43,019 nucleotides of DNA from Methanomicrobiales archaeon (GTDB taxonomy: Archaea > Halobacteriota > Syntropharchaeia > Alkanophagales > Methanospirareceae), in the NCBI GenBank assembly GCA_003160755.1, contig QEXZ01000001.1, positions 1-43,019 on the forward strand. The letters are read 5' to 3'. The translations under genes were made by a program, and so were the position numbers. The notes beneath the pieces were generated by a model. The model saw only the letters and a list, made by a program, of their open reading frames with translations. It did not search any database and was not told where the DNA came from. Shown piece after piece: positions 42,992 through 43,019 of this stretch; positions within the stretch are counted from its first letter, which is position 1; each line of letters starts with the position of its first letter.

Positions 42992-43019
42992 GTGATGAAA
43001 AAACCACGAGATTTCACAA

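Overview
Archaeal chromosomal core region. Gene content and order point to a euryarchaeote of the Methanomicrobia/Halobacteriota type, plausibly ANME-1-like (inference only). It encodes three aminoacyl-tRNA synthetases (ileS, proS, tyrS), the rpoH-rpoB-rpoA1-rpoA2-rpl30e-nusA-rps12-rps7 operon, aIF-1A-RIO1-KH-pcm, rpl39e-rpl31e-aIF6, the oapABC-like cluster, NAD, riboflavin and lipid genes, priL, a core methionine synthase, five tRNAs and two RelE-type toxin-antitoxin loci (one truncated). The most striking feature is in RNA polymerase subunit A'. It carries two mutually homologous ~70-aa in-frame domains inserted at the clamp zinc site, each flanked by a two-codon duplication (GATGCG...GATGCG; TGCGGG...TGTGGC), with no intein motifs. 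This looks like a small mobile protein domain. The same gene has a heptamer-repeat insertion and a non-canonical NADYDGD catalytic motif. Intergenic DNA is filled with several families of non-coding hairpin elements built from 7-10-bp units. Some share a conserved terminus, and they truncate, extend or terminate neighbouring genes. There is also a promoter-bearing long hairpin between convergent genes (candidate ncRNA).
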